A stretch of DNA of 64,000 nucleotides, taken from Paraspadella gotoi. Lineage: Eukaryota > Animalia > Chaetognatha. The notes under the pieces were generated by a model. It was not told where the DNA came from, ran no database searches, and saw only the letters and a program-made list of their open reading frames with translations. This document shows positions 13,434 through 27,975 of this stretch, in pieces (within the stretch, counting starts at the first letter, position 1; each line of letters opens with the position of its first letter). The translations under genes were made by a program, and so were the position numbers. Where the stretch lies: contig CM119264.1 of the NCBI GenBank assembly GCA_051294375.1, positions 3,328,900 through 3,392,899 on the forward strand, read 5' to 3'.

Positions 13434-16174
13434 ACTCTCTCTCTCTCTCTCCNNNNNNNNNNNNNNNNNNNNNNNNNTAAAGATAGAAAAAAAGACTGAT
13501 AAAATCTAGGGACGCAATAATAAAGAGAGACAATGATAAGGGGGCGAGACGATAAGAAAATGGGAGTGAAATCGCGGACCGACAGATGCCCCGTTGCTTC
13601 ATCTCTCTCTCTCTCTCTACTCTCTCTCTCTCTCTCTCGTCTCTCTCTCTCTCTCTCTCTCTCATCGTCTCTCTCTCTTCTACTCTTCTCTGCTCTCTCT
13701 ATCTCTCTCTCTAAGCCACGGATCTCTGCGACGGTAATTAGCACTGTTTAGCGCCTAGTATTTTTGCCACTTCTTTCATGCACATCGGAACTTAAAATAT
13801 GGTCTTGGATAAACGAATTGAGGTGAAAGCCGGAGTATTACCGATAAGCGTTGACTCGTCCGTCGTTCGTCGTCGTCGTCAGTGTCGTCCAACGTTCTCA
13901 TCGCAATCATGACAATATCGCTCGAGTTCATCGCAAAAAGTCCTTTTTTATCTCCCGCTTTCCATATCTTTTTTTTTTCGAATTGGCTTTCTTGACAGAA
14001 GCGATTGGAAACGTCGCTCTAACCGACGGCGCCTCTTTTCTTTCCCGATCGGGATTTTTTATGGACTTCATTATGTTTTGAACTCTTTTGGTCTTTGTAA
14101 GAATCGCGCTTTTGAAGTTTTTGCTCCGCGATCGGCTGACGTGAGAAACTTTTGAAGTGAAGGATTGTGACATCGTGAGTTCATTAACGATTAAAGATGG
14201 AACGATAAGGCGTTCGTAACGATGAGGTATTGTATCGAACGTCATTTTCCTAGAAGCACGGGAAGTGTTAAGCTGGTCGTTTGCTGTTTGTCTATTTTGA
14301 CAGACAGACAGTCAGACAGTCAGTCTATCAGTCAGTCAGTCAGTCAGTCAGTCAGTTACTAAGTTAAAAATAGAATAATTCAATCACTCGATCGAACAGT
14401 CAGCCATTCATCATTTTTGTTTCATTTCATTTAAATATAATCCATTCTCTGCGTTGATACATTCATGCATTTACTTTTTCAATTATTTATTCATTCATTA
14501 TTTTATCAATTAATTCATTCTTTAACTCATCAAATCATTTATTTATTTATTTATTCACTCATTCATTTTCGCACAACCTGAATATTTCTATGTCATTTAC
14601 GTCATAAACGTCGATTTCTCTTTTGTTTTCCAAATCCAAAACCTAAAATCATCGGGGGTTTATAATTGTTGTCGTTGTTGTTATAATTGTTGTCGTTGTT
14701 GTCGTCGTCGTCGATTCTTTGGGTTCGACTTTTATTAAGACCCTCGTCTCCATTCGCGACTTCCGGTTCCGCGATGGACAATCGGAGATACGGACAATTA
14801 GACGGGAAAACCGGTCGCTCGATTCAATGGAAGTTTCGGACAACCGGACGAACGGACACAATAGAAACTCTAATTCTGAATTTAGGCTGAACGCGTGATG
14901 ATTAAACAGTTTGACGTCGTTGTTGGTAATTGGTGCTTGTTTGTTGGCGTGATAGTTTGTTGGCGTGATCGTTTGTTGGCGTGATTGCTTCTATATTTTT
15001 AAATGTCACGAGAGAACAACACAAAAAATAACGCAGGTCTTAGGCTAAAGGATGGCGTAGTAATATTTATAGTAATATTTATTTGTATATTTTCAGAAAG
15101 ATATAATTAATTTGGCCAACTCATAACGACTGAAAATCGAATTGATTAACGAGTGTAAACTTGTAAACTTCATAATTCAATATTTAATAATATAATATTA
15201 TTTCAATATTCGATAATAATCAAAAGAAATATATGATGACCCTATAAAGACGTAATAACGTAAAAGCTACGCAATAACATTAAATAAAACAGAAAAGAGA
15301 AATTACTAAAATTTTTATGGTTAATTTGGTTAGTATGTTTTAATTTTCGACGAATACTAAAAATCGATCACATTAATCTCTCCCGCTAATAACGCCCCCC
15401 CCCGTCCCCCCCTAATTTTTCACGATTGATTCCCTTTTGTTTCGCCTCGAAGTCGGAAATCCTCAATTTAGTCTCGTTAGCCTCAATCATTCGAGATCCA
15501 GAGATATTTCTCCTTTTCTTTTTTTAGTTGCGCCGAAAGTGCTCGCGAAGCGACTCTATTAGTCAATTTAAGGTCGCTCGGATAATCTGTTGGTCGGTCG
15601 GTCTTTCGTCTCCTGGTCTTACCATTTGTCAGAATACGTAACTAGAGTAATACAACATTACTTAAGTTCAAATATGGTTAAGACCAATAAGTTATAGTAT
15701 AACGTGCATATGTCTCATTATTGTGCAGTCAGGTTACCACAAAACAAAAGCGATCAAAAGCCTATAAATTCTATGCGGCATAATTTGTGAAATACGGGGT
15801 CCTATTAGTTAATACCTGGCAAAGTTAGATGGTATCATTAAATGCTTATTGTGCATATGTTTCATACCTGTGTAATCACGGGTAAATGCGTCATATTTCA
15901 TGTAATATTTGATTGTTTTACCCGATTCTTAACAGAGAAGTAATAATAACCCATAAGATGCTTGTGCATACTTGTTCACATAAGAAAATCACTGCGGCAG
16001 AATCCTTCCCGGAAAATGTTTTTCGCTCCAACTCCGCAAGAGGTCTGCCCCGGCACTGCAAGAGGTCTTCCTGGCGCCGCAAGGGGGCTCCACTTTCGGC
16101 GCTGCACTCGGTGACCGCTGGAGTTTTTTTCCTCTTGGCAACAACGCGATCTCTTACTCTCGCAGTTTGCGAGT

Positions 16175-16219
<45 letters not shown>

Positions 16220-18481
16220 CTAAACGGACTTACCGGATATTTGTCAAACATTTCAAACATTTTACTAGAATTTGTAATGTTGTGATTCCATCTATGTACA
16301 TTGAACAATCAATATGAGTCACATTCCAAAATCCAAAATCCCGATCTAATTCACCAGTTAATCTCACAAACCAGAACGTCTCACGAAACTCGACTTCTCA
16401 CAGCCTCTCTTTCCCATAATCTCTTAGTTTTCACAGCGAAACCGAATACAATTTTCGAGGGTAATGATCTGGGGATGAATCAGCGGGGGAGGATGTGGGG
16501 GAGGTAGCGAGGAAGGGAGGAAAAGGGGGTGGAAAAGATAAAGAAGGAGAATGGATAGAATAGGTGAGTTATTAAGGAATCAGTTCATCAATCAATCAAT
16601 CATTAATCGTTCAATCAATCAATTAATCTTCGTGTTTTCCGAAAGCGATCTCTCTTCTCAGAATCTAATATTTATCAAGATAATAGCAGAACGTCAACTT
16701 CTAAAAGGGATTGAATTGAATACCGAAGCTAATATTATTAGTAATAAATATTATTAGTAATAAATATTCGGTCCGGTTTTTTAAAAAAAATAAAGTCTAT
16801 CTTTCTGTCCTTTGACTTAAGCGAGAGCGAAAAACTGTCTATCTCTTTATCTTTCTGTCGTTTGACTTGAGTGACACCAAAAATTGCGTCTTTGCTTCCA
16901 CCTCTTGCGGTCAACCTCTTAATTAATCCTCTTTTTTTTCCGGCTGCGGCGGCGGCGGCAGCGCAGCGGCGCAGCGCCCAGTGGAAATCCAAGCGGCGGC
17001 AGCAGCGGCAGCGGCTGAGGCTGAGGCTGCTAAGAAAACGACAAGGAAAACAAAGATGACAAAAATGATGACAACGAAAATAAAAATAATGACAACGTCG
17101 ACGATAACAACAAACGCATAGAAGGTGGGGTGACGACGATGACGACGACGATGAAGACGATGACGATGTCTTCATCGTCGTCGTCATCATCGGCTTCGTC
17201 ATCACTCACCTTCGTCTCTTCATCGTCGTCGTCATCGTCATCGTCTTCATCGTCGTCGTGCATCGTCGTCAATCTGTCTATCGTCATCGTTCTTTCATTT
17301 CGGTCGTCGTCATCGTCGTCATCGTCATCGTTCATTCCGTCATCGTCTTCATTCGTCATCGTTCATCGTCATCGTAATACCTGTCTTCATCGTCGTCGTC
17401 ATGTCGTCAATCGTCATCGTCATTTCGTCTTCATTCGACGTCGACATCGTCGTCATCGTTCATCGTCATCGTCTTCATCGTCATCGTCATCATCGTCATC
17501 CGTCATCGTCGTCATCGTCCATCGTCATCGTTCATTCGTCATCGTCTTNNNNNNNNNNNNNNNNNNNNNNNNNNNNNNNNNNNNNNNNNNNNNNNNNNNN
17601 NNNNNNNNNNNNNNNNNNNNNNNNNNNNNNNNNNNNNNNNNNNNNNNNNNNNNNNNNNNNNNNNNNNNNNNNNNNNNNNNNNNNNNNNNNNNNNNNNNNN
17701 NNNNNNNNNNNNNNNNNNNNNNNNNNNNNNNNNNNNNNNNNNNNNNNNNNNNNNNNNNNNNNNNNNNNNNNNNNNNNNNNNNNNNNNNNNNNNNNNNNNN
17801 NNNNNNNNNNNNNNNNNNNNNNNNNNNNNNNNNNNNNNNNNNNNNNNNNNNNNNNNNNNNNNNNNNACGATGACGACGACGATGAAGACGATGACGACGA
17901 CGATGAAGACGACGACGACGACGACGGGGCCGTCAATCGTCGATTGTCCGTTGTTTCTTTGTCTCTTAGGTCGTTGACAATTTTTTTTTTTTAAAAACTA
18001 GAAAAAAGATTTGAAAAATTAGGAGAAAAGAAATCAAAAAGAAGATAAAAAGAAAAAAAAAGAAAAGAAGGATTTTGGAAAATCGCGTCGAAACGACATC
18101 TCGTCCGAGTCACGTATTCGTGGATCGGTGGACGCCTGCCGGTGCAGGTGCCGGTGCAGGAACGGGTGCAGGGGCCGGTGCAAGACCGACCTCCTGNNNN
18201 NNNNNNNNNNNNNNNNNNNNNNNNNNNNNNNNNNNNNNNNNNNNNNNNNNNNNNNNNNNNNNNNNNNNNNNNNNNNNNNNNNNNNNNNNNNNNNNNNNNN
18301 NNNNNNNNNNNNNNNNNNNNNNNNNNNNNNNNNNNNNNNNNNNNNNNNNNNNNNNNNNNNNNNNNNNNNNNNNNAAGAGATGAGAGAGAGAGAGAGTAGT
18401 AGTAGAGAGAGAGTAGAGAGTAGAGAGAGAGGAAAGTGCCATTCAATTCGTCGATGGCAAATTTTCGAGGAAGATAGGAGC

Positions 18482-18518
<37 letters not shown>

Positions 18519-18589
18519 TGAGAGGGAAGCCTCTTTAGACTGTGGGTCGACTAAAAAAAGAGAGATGAACCTTGGAAGAAGAAAACCCA

Positions 18590-19950
18590 AAGTGAGGCTG
18601 AGAACAAAAGAACAAAGGGGAGAAAGAATTGGGAAAAGAGAGGAAAAAGGGAAAAAATAGGGAAAAAAGGAAAACGGGAAAGAAAAGGGAAAAAAGGGAA
18701 AGAAAAGGGAAAAATGGAAAAAAAGGGAAAGAAAATTGAAAAAAGGAAAAAAAAGAGAAGTGAAAGAAAAGTGAAAAAAATAAAAAAAGGGAAAAAAAGG
18801 GAAAAAAGGGAAAAAAAGGGAAAAAAGGGAAAGAAAAGGGAAAAAATGGAAAAAAAGGGAAAGAAAATTGAAAAAAGGAAAAAAAAGAGAAGTGAAAGAA
18901 AAGGGAAAAAAATAAAAAAAGGGGAAAAAAAGGGAAAAAAGGGAAAAAAAGGGAAAAAAGGGAAAAAAGGGTAAAAATGGGAAAAAAAGGGGGAAAAAGG
19001 GGAAAAAAAGGAATGAAAATGGAAAAAAGGAAAGTGGGTAAAAAATGTTAGGACAAGATTTGGAATCTGTGAATAAAAAAAAAACGGCAAAAAAAATTGT
19101 GAAATCAATTGTGGATAAAATTGTGGATAGGATTGAAAAAAAGATTTAAAAGGAGATCAAGTACAAATAATGTACAATTAATTAATCAAGTTAACAAATT
19201 TTAAAGAAATTTAGATATAAAAATGAATCAAGTTGTAATTAACAGTTAAATCACTAGCTTCTCCGTGAAATCACAAACCTCACTGTAAATTTGATTTGAG
19301 TCCTTTTGACGTGAGAGAGAAAATGAGCGAAGCCGCAATTGTTTTGCGCTGACAATTGGCCACGCTCTAATTATAATGTATACTTAGGAGGAACACTATC
19401 TCTCTCATTCTNNNNNNNNNNCGTATTTGTCACAGCACTGTGAGCACTGAGTCAGAAACATGCATCAACTAAACAAATTACTTGCCTACCTCTAGATATC
19501 CGTTGATTAGCAGGCAAGAAAAATTTTAAAACGACGGTTTGTGAGGAAAAAAAAGAAAAAGACAGAAAAATAGGAAGAAAGAAAGAAAAAGAAAGACAAA
19601 AATATACGGAGACAAAAACGAGGCGAGAAGATTTTGGAAAAAAAAAGGAAAAGAAAAGAATAAAAAAGAAAAGAAAAAAAAGAAAAGAAAAGAAAAGAAT
19701 AGAAAAGAAAAGAAAAGAAAAGAAAAAAAAGAAAAGAAAAGAAAAGAATAGAAAAGAAAAGAAAAGAAAAAAGAAAAGAAAGAAAAGAAAAGAAAAGAAA
19801 AGAAAAAAAGGAAAAGAAAAGAAAAGAAAAGAAAAGAAAAGAAAAGAAAAGAAAAGAAAAGAAAAGAAAAAAGGAAAGGAAAAAAAAAGAAAAGAAAAGA
19901 AAAACGGAAAAGGAAATAGGAAAGGAAAAGAAAAGAAAAGAAAAATGTAT
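18590..19950. repeat. Polypurine low-complexity tracts: (GGGAAAAA)-like at 18590-19030 and (GAAAA)n at 19540-19950
   Basis: Direct reading. Confidence 0.9.
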
Positions 19951-20191
19951 GGATAAAATATTGAAAAAGTCCAAATGTGAAAAAGTTCCCTGTAGTTTTA
20001 TGTAAAGTGATGGCAAGCTTCATAACTAAGGAGGATATATATATAGATAAAAAGAAGCAAATAAGTTAATAAGGGATTTAAATATTAATAATATTAGATA
20101 AGTTAGTAACCAAGTTAGTAAATACAAAGGGGAAAAATGACTTAAGGATGTTGAGGAATGGAATAAACAAAGTTGAGAAAAGGCTCACCGG

Positions 20192-20227
<36 letters not shown>

Positions 20228-21601
20228 NNNNNNNNNNNNNNNNNNNNNNNNNNNNNNNNNNNNNNNNNNNNNNNNNNNNNNNNNNNNNNNNNNNNNNNNN
20301 NNNNNNNNNNNNNNNNNNNNNNNNNNNNNNNNNNNNNNNNNNNNNNNNNNNNNNNNNNNNNNNNNNNNNNNNNNNNNNNNNNNNNNNNNNNNNNNNNNNN
20401 NNNNNNNNNNNNNNNNNNNNNNNNNNNNNNNNNNNNNNNNNNNNNNNNNNNNNNNNNNNNNNNNNNNNNNNNNNNNNNNNNNNNNNNNNNNNNNNNNNNN
20501 NNNNNNNNNNNNNNNNNNNNNNNNNNNNNNNNNNNNNNNNNNNNNNNNNNNNNNNNNNNNNNNNNNNNNNNNNNNNNNNNNNAGAAGAGACCGAGAAGAG
20601 AAAAGAGAGGAGAGGATGGAGGAGAGAGAGAGAGAGAGACAGAGACATAAAATAAGAAATAAAGAGTTAAAAAAAGAGAAAACAATCTCTGAGCAGTGGA
20701 TTGGCGCTGATCGCTGCAAGAGGATTTGACGGTTGGAAAAAAACAAGGTTGAATAGATAGAGGGACGAAAGAGAGAGATGAAGAGAGGAGTAGTATAGAG
20801 AGACAGAAGAACAGAGAGAGAGAGAGGAGAGAAGAGGAGAGAGAGAAGAGAGAGAGAGAGACGGGAAGAGAGACGAGGAGAAGAGAGAGGTCGAGTGTTA
20901 GTGAGATTCCCGCGATTCTTGTTGTTTTCCTTTATTAGTATTTCTTTATTTAGTATCTGACTATCACGCGCGCTCACACACCTACAGACCCACACAGAAA
21001 GCCGTTTCTCTTTCCCTGAATCTGTCTCAGCCTCGAAATCTTGTTTGTCTCCCGATTTGACCCTAATTTTCCTTCTGTTTTTTCGCTAAAGGCGAAGTGC
21101 TCTGTCTCTCTCTCTCTCTTACTCTCTTTTTCTCTCTGTCTCTTTCTTTCATTCATTCTTTCATTCTTTCATTCTTTCATTCTTTCTTTCTTTCTTTCTT
21201 TCTTTCTCTCGTTCTTTTTTTTCTATCTTTTTTTCTTTCTTTCTTTTTTTATTCTTTTTATCTTTCTTTTTTTCTTTCTTTCTTTTTTCTCTCCTTCTAT
21301 TTTGCGGTCCATTTGTTTTTTTACTTTTTTTTTCTCTCTCTAATTTTGTTTCAGATTATTTTCATAATGAGGTCATTGTTTTATCGCGTAACATATTCTT
21401 TCTATCGTTCATCAACCAAAACTCGAAGAAGAAGCAAAATCTTAAATGCTGCTGCTGCTACAGCTGCTTTCGATGCCGGGTCTGCTGCTGAATACTCTGC
21501 TGCTACCGCCACTCCTCGTCATAATCACATAAAGAACAAACGAGTAGTAATCCTATATAAATTTTGTTTAACAAAATTTAAACACACTTTGAAATATAAT
21601 A

Positions 21602-21808
21602 CCACTTCATTGGAAAGCCTGGTGCTCTGGGAGTGAACAAACTAAACTGTAACTGTGAGAGAGTATTGATTGAAAGCTTGCAAAGTCTTGCTATGTTACT
21701 ATCTCGTAAGTGATCTAGAGGCCATGAACAAAAGTTACGGGCTGGATAAGCGAATATCTTATTTAACAAATGAATCAATAATTTTCATAGCGTTGGTACC
21801 AATTTAAT
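21602..21808 (-). repeat. Dispersed repeat, copy 3 (reverse strand)
   Basis: cacttcattg..aagcc.ggtgctctgggagtgaa...gattgaaagcttgca...taccaattt is the reverse complement of the same unit. Confidence 0.8.
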
Positions 21809-22459
21809 AATATTATCAAGAAACCGGCCTCGGAATTTATGACATTGATTCCAATGAATATGATATCAGTCAATCATATTCAACTGTCCAAACAAAGGCG
21901 GCTCATCGCTTTTCTCGAATAACGCTTCTCTTTTTCTCGTATCGATTTTCGGCGAATGAACGGAAGTTTTAATCCTGTATTAGGTTTCGTCGCTCGAAGC
22001 CTACAATTACAAGGAATGTAATTATATGATTGAGCAGGGGCCGCCGAGAAGAAAGAAATTAATCACATTTTTGGGAAGAGATCATTTTTTAAAATTAATT
22101 ATTAAAAATTACGGATATTTAAGAGATTAAAACTCAAGTGGAGTCATGGCTTATCTTTTTTTAACAAGAAAAAGCAGACGAAAAAGATTAAGTGACGAGA
22201 TTTATATATTTAAGATGTGCATCAGTAAAAAAACGATATATTTTTAAAGATATGAAAATTGTAAAATTACTTATTTCACTATTTTATCTTTATATTTTTT
22301 ATAATATTAATATTTAACGTTTTACCATTATTAAAATTTTTGTTTGTATTTTCTATTTTTTCTATGTTTTATTTATTTATTTTTATATTCTATATTTTTT
22401 TTAATGAGACAATATGCGAAACTATATCAAAATACCTTTTCGATGAGACTAGACTTTCC

Positions 22460-23200
22460 TTAGGATGAGCAAGGAAGCATCTTTGGATGAGATATCAATC
22501 GCTTTTGGATGAACAAGGAAAGATCACTGGATGAAACATATGTGAACCCTGAGTTGAAAATCTGGATGAGACACGAAGAATGGAGACTCGAGAGTGAGAA
22601 CCTGATTGAGACACGAGTGAGACACTGGATGAGGACTCTGGATTGAAACACGATGAGACACGAGATGAGACTCGAGCATGCAAGACACTGGCATGAGGAC
22701 ACGAGATGAGACTCAAGATGGACACTGGATGATACAGCGAGATTGACACACTGGATGAGCACTGGATGAACACTGGATGAGACACGAGATGAAGACTCGA
22801 ATGAGACATGATGAGCACGTGATGAGACATGGAATGAGGACCTGGATGAACATGGATGAGAACGAGATGAGACTCGGAGATGAGCACTGATGAGGACACG
22901 AAGATGAGGACACTGGCATGCGACACTGGATTGAAGCACTGGATGAACACAACTGGTGAGATACGAGATGAGACTCCGATGATGAGAGGATGAACACTGC
23001 GATGAGACACTCGAATGAGGACACTGGATGACCACTGATGAGTCACGGATGCTTGACTCGAATGAGACACTGGATCGAACACGAGATGGACACTGAGATG
23101 AGAACGGATGAACACGATAAAACTGATGTCGAACACTGGATTGAGGCACGAGCATGAAGACTCGAAGATGAGGACACCTGATGAGACCACTGAATGATTT
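22460..23200. repeat. Degenerate minisatellite built from acactggatga / acacgagatga / gactcga modules
   Basis: Direct reading. Confidence 0.85.
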
Positions 23201-23407
23201 CGCATCCAAAAGATGAAAGCGAAAAACACCTTCGGGTCGAATAACTCCCGCCGAAGAGAAGAACATGAGGGAGTGGGAGTTGGGCGAATGATTAAAAGAA
23301 AGATGGCGGGGCTTCTCTCCTCTTCTCTCTCTCTTCTCCTCTCTCTCTCTCCCCCTTTCTCTCTCCTTCTTTCTCTTTCTCTCTCTCCTCTCTCGTCCAC
23401 ATCTCCT

Positions 23408-23479
<72 letters not shown>

Positions 23480-23569
23480 TTCTCTCCTCTCTCTCTCTTC
23501 TCTTCCCTCTCTCTCCCATCTCTCTCTTCTTCTCCTCTTCTCTCTCTCTCTTCTCTCTCTTCTCTCTAG

Positions 23570-23664
23570 CAAGAGGGGTTCCATTCGATGCTTGGAATAT
23601 GTTTTATCCCTCCTGCGGAGCCTCACCCGGGCAGAACAGGGATTCAGCGAACAAAAGAACGACG
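23570..23664 (+). CDS. Candidate exon, unknown product
   Basis: Unique sequence after a long (CT)n tract ending in tag|, with open frames (e.g. KRGSIRCLEYVLSLLRSLTRAEQGFSEQKND) and a weak donor g|gtttcc. Confidence 0.25.
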
Positions 23665-24618
23665 GTTTCCTTCGATTCCCGGTTCGAATCTGCGGGGCTC
23701 TCTTTGTCTCTGTCTCTTCAAAACCCTCTCTCTTCTCTCTTTCTCTCTCTCTCTTTTTTTGGACACTCTTTTCTCCACATTCCAAAGCGTAAAAAAAACC
23801 AATTCGACTCCCCTATTTTTGACAGAAGAGAGAGAGAGAGAAGAGAGAGGAGGAGAGAGAGAAAAGATGAGGACGAAGACGAAGAAGAGAGAGAGAGAGA
23901 GAGAGTGAGTGAGAGAGAGAGAGGAGATTTAATTGCCTTTGCCCGTCGTTCTTTATTAATTTTTGAATTTAGCCGAAATTAATTAGGTATTTACAAACTA
24001 AACAAAAACTATTACAAGAATAACGAGGACAATAACAAACAACAACAACAACAACAAAGCGATCGTTTTTCCTTAAAATATTAACTTAGTGTTTATATTT
24101 AGTCCAATTAAAAGTCCGACTTTTTAAGATTAAATTTGAAGACAATTCATTTTTCTCTTTATTTTATTTAATTGGGTTGAAGGGAGAATGAAGGGAGAAT
24201 GAAGGGANNNNNNNNNNNNNNNNNNNNNNNNNNNNNNNNNNNNNNNNNNNNNNNNNNNNNNNNNNNNNNNNNNNNNNNNNNNNNNNNNNNNNNNNNNNNN
24301 NNNNNNNNNNNNNNNNNNNNNNNNNNNNNNNNNNNNNNNNNNNNNNNNNNNNNNNNNNNNNNNNNNNNNNNNNNNNNNNNNNNNNNNNNNNNNNNNNNNN
24401 NNNNNNNNNNNNNNNNNNNNNNNNNNNNNNNNNNNNNNGAATGAAGGGAGTATGAAGAGAGAATGAAGGGAGAATGAAGGGAGAATGAAAGGAGAATGAA
24501 GGGAGAATGAAGCGAGAATGAAGGGAGTGTGCGTGATAGAGTGGGCGTGTACAAGAGTGTGTTGGACTGTGAGTGCGAGTGTGTTGAATAGAATGACTTT
24601 TTTTCATTTTAAAGAAGT

Positions 24619-24739
<121 letters not shown>

Positions 24740-24811
24740 TTAAAGTATCTTAAGAAGAGAATAAACAAAAAAATAAAAAGAATAGACTGTGAAATCGAAA
24801 TCCCGAAAGTC

Positions 24812-24846
<35 letters not shown>

Positions 24847-25031
24847 AAGACAAGCTCTCCAGTTTGGTCGTTGTCGTATTCGTTGTTGTTGTTGTCGTTG
24901 TTGTCGTTGTTGTCGTTGTCCATGTCGTTGTGGCATTTGCATCCAATTTCTTAAATGGGTGAGACATACGATTGTACAAGCATAGAATGTGGCCAAGAAT
25001 ATGACCAAAAAATAAATTACCTTTTATTCAG

Positions 25032-25282
25032 TTGCTTAACAAACATTACAACCTAACAAAAAAAATTATTGGCCTTTTCTCCACGGTTTTTTTTTGGCTT
25101 CTCTTTTCTGTGGTCCCTTGCCACGGCCTCACAACTGTGGGGGAAAAAAAGGATGGTGGCTACGACAGTAAGACGCTGGCATCGAATATCGCGGTTTTTT
25201 GGCCGGACGATTTCCTCAACAGGTCAATCCTTTCTTCCGGCGAACTCCCAGTGGGGTTCTCTTCCTGGCTCACTCTCGAGAG
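25032..25282 (+). CDS. Putative exon with signal-peptide-like segment (probable CUB-domain gene, copy A)
   Basis: Acceptor cttttattcag| and donor GAG|gtgatc. Open frame reads 'LLNKHYNLTKKIIGLFSTVFFWLLFSVVPCHG-LTT...WLTLER'. No ATG in this exon. A noisy second copy lies at ~33672-33950. Confidence 0.45.
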
Positions 25283-25323
25283 GTGATCCCTCTGTGCGCT
25301 CGAATGTGGTCTCGCTGTTAAAG

Positions 25324-25405
25324 ATATCTCAGCTGCTGGCACAGCGGCGGTGGTTGCTCAGCTGTGGTCCGAGGGAGAGGGAGGCGCGGTGTCGTGGACG
25401 GGAGA
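25324..25405 (+). CDS. Putative exon following a 41-bp intron
   Basis: GT..AG intron 25283-25323 joins in phase to 'R-YLSCWHSGGGCSAVVRGRGRRGVVDGR'. Donor |gtaaga, alternative gtaagt at 25414. Confidence 0.35.
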
Positions 25406-27210
25406 GTAAGAGAGTAAGTGGACAAGATCGGACAAGAGTGGATAAAATAGTGGACAAGAGTGGGAAATAGATTGGGCAAGAGTGGTTTTCCAATGACCCA
25501 GTTTAAGATCCCCGAACCTCGAGGCAATCACGTTCAGGGGATTGCCGNNNNNNNNNNNNNNNNNNNNNNNNNNNNNNNNNNNNNNNNNNNNNNNNNNNNN
25601 NNNNNNNNNNNNNNNNNNNNNNNNNNNNNNNNNNNNNNNNNNNNNNNNNNNNNNNNNNNNNNNNNNNNNNNNNNNNNNNNNNNNNNNNNNNNNNNNNNNN
25701 NNNNNNNNNNNNNNNNNNNNNNNNNNNNNNNNNNNNNNNNNNNNNNNNNNNNNNNNNNNNNNNNNNNNNNNNNNNNNNNNNNNNNNNNNNNNNNNNNNNN
25801 NNNNNNNNNNNNNNNNNNNNNNNNNNNNNNNNNNNNNCTAATGGGGTGGTGGTTAGGGTAAGGCCGAGGTGAGTGATGTCACTTTGAGAGAGAAGATTTG
25901 GTGAGTTCAAAAAGAGGGTTTAAAGGAGCGATGGCGGAGAAAAGCAGAGACGGTTGAGGCAGAGGTAAGTCAATTCGCGGTGCGAAGATATTGGGTTAGG
26001 AGAGTGAGGAGTGATGAGGGTAAGGGCGGGTAAGGAAGTGTTGTCCTCGATCAAAGATTCCGACTTTTTTTTTATCGATGACGATAATCGTTGGCTTCAT
26101 TAACGTCTCGTTAGTCGTCGTCGTCGTCGTCGTTAGAAAAAAACGAAGACCGAAAATCATAGAATCGAAGCTGAAAAAAAAAAATCTCTCGTTCAATTAC
26201 GATTATGGATGGAAGAAAATCACGATGTGCCGCTGGGGCCGCTGCCGCTGCTGCAGCCGCCTCTCGCCGTCTCCCCTTTAGCTGCTCCACCTCTAATCCT
26301 GCCTTGCCCCTTCCACCCGTCCATTTCCCGCGAAAATCTATCCGCCCTGTTGTGATACCTATCCGCCCTGTTGTGATACCCATACGCCTGTTGTGTACTA
26401 TACGCTGTTTGATCCTTACGCCCTTGTTGTGATACTATGCTGTTGTATAATTGTCCCTTGTTAGTGATACTATCGCTGTGTGATACTATGCTGTTGGATA
26501 CTATCGCCTGTTGTGATACTGTCGCCTATTGTGTACCTATCCGCCCTGTTGTGATAAACTATCGCCTGTTGTGATAATGTCGACTGTTTTCTTTCAATTT
26601 TTTTGTCAAAATTATATTAATCGTTTTTCTTTTTTTTTTCTTTTTTTTTTTTTTTTTTTGTGTGAGCGACTTTTTCCGATTTTCGCGATGATTTTGAAGG
26701 CTCGCCTAAAAATTTTCGTCGACGTCCTCAATTATAAATCGTTGGCGCATCTGTGACACGCCGGGTTTTGGGAACTTATTTTCGAGGAATGATTTATCTT
26801 AGTTGTATATTAATCGAGCAATGATGGATCCATTAATGATTTATCTTCTCGTGCGCTAGCTTTTAATTGAGGATGGGAAGTTTGGGAGTCTTCATTAATG
26901 TCATCAGTCGTCGTCGTCGTCGTTTTTCTTCATGTCTTCTTCGTCGTCGTCGTCGTCGTCGTCTCCATCGGCGTCTTCGTCGTGTGTCGTCGTTTTGTTT
27001 ATTTTGGAATATTTCGCGATTCCAGTCAAGAGCACACTCCGCCCCTTTCCTGTTCGAGTTTCGACTGAGAGGAACGGGCCTCGAACCTGACCTGAATTAC
27101 CTGATATAGGAGGGAACACGCCTTACAAACGAAATACGGGCCTTGCTCGATGGCCTTCAGCGGCGGCGGTTGCGCACGCCCGCGAAGAACCTCTAAACAT
27201 CCGCATAATC

Positions 27211-27259
<49 letters not shown>

Positions 27260-27564
27260 GGAGAGAGAGAGAGAGAGAGAGAGAGATTAAGAGACGCATT
27301 TGAGAATCTTCACTCGAGCGCGATGGCAGGTTGGTCGTTTCGTGCTTTACATGTTTTAGCGGAATTCTCTCTCTCTTTATTCTCTCTCTCTCTCTCTCTC
27401 TTCTTCTTTCTCTCTCTCTCTCTCTCTCTCTTCTCTCATCTTGACAGAGCAATTTACATTCTTACGTTCATCATGTTTGTCGTCGTCGTCGTCTTCCTTC
27501 TTCCAACAGAAAAGATTTAACCTTTAGTTTTATTTCTTCGTCACTGAACAAGTTTGCACTCGAT

Positions 27565-27975
27565 GTGAGGAGGAGAATGAGGAGGAGAATGATGAGGAGA
27601 ATGAGGAGGAGAATGATGAGGGGAATGAGGAGGAGAATGAGGAGGAGAATGAGGAGAAGAATGAGGAGGAGAATGATGAGAAGAAAAAGGAGGAGAATGA
27701 TTAGGAGAATGTGAAGGAGAATAATTAGGAGAATGAGGAGGAGAATGAGGAGGAGAATTAGGAGAAGAATGAGGAGGAGAATGATTAGGAGAATGATGAG
27801 GAGAACTAGGAGGAGAATGAGAAGGAGAATTAGGAGAAGAATGAGGAGGAGAATGATGAGGAGAATGAGGAGGAGAATGATGAAGAGAATGAGGAGGAGA
27901 CTGATGAGGAGAATGAGAAGGAGAATGATGAGGAGAATGAGGAGGAGAATGATGAGGAGGAGGAAGAAGAAGAGG
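27565..27975. repeat. 12-bp minisatellite (gaggaggagaat / gatgaggagaat)
   Basis: Direct reading. Confidence 0.95.

Noticed and set aside
15785-15803. Harbinger-like TIR end (tttgtgaaatacgggg)
   Set aside because: No matching opposite terminus or TSD found.
22460-23785. 441-aa minus-strand ORF
   Set aside because: Made of a minisatellite plus a (GA)n tract; several frames are open and no domain is recognisable.
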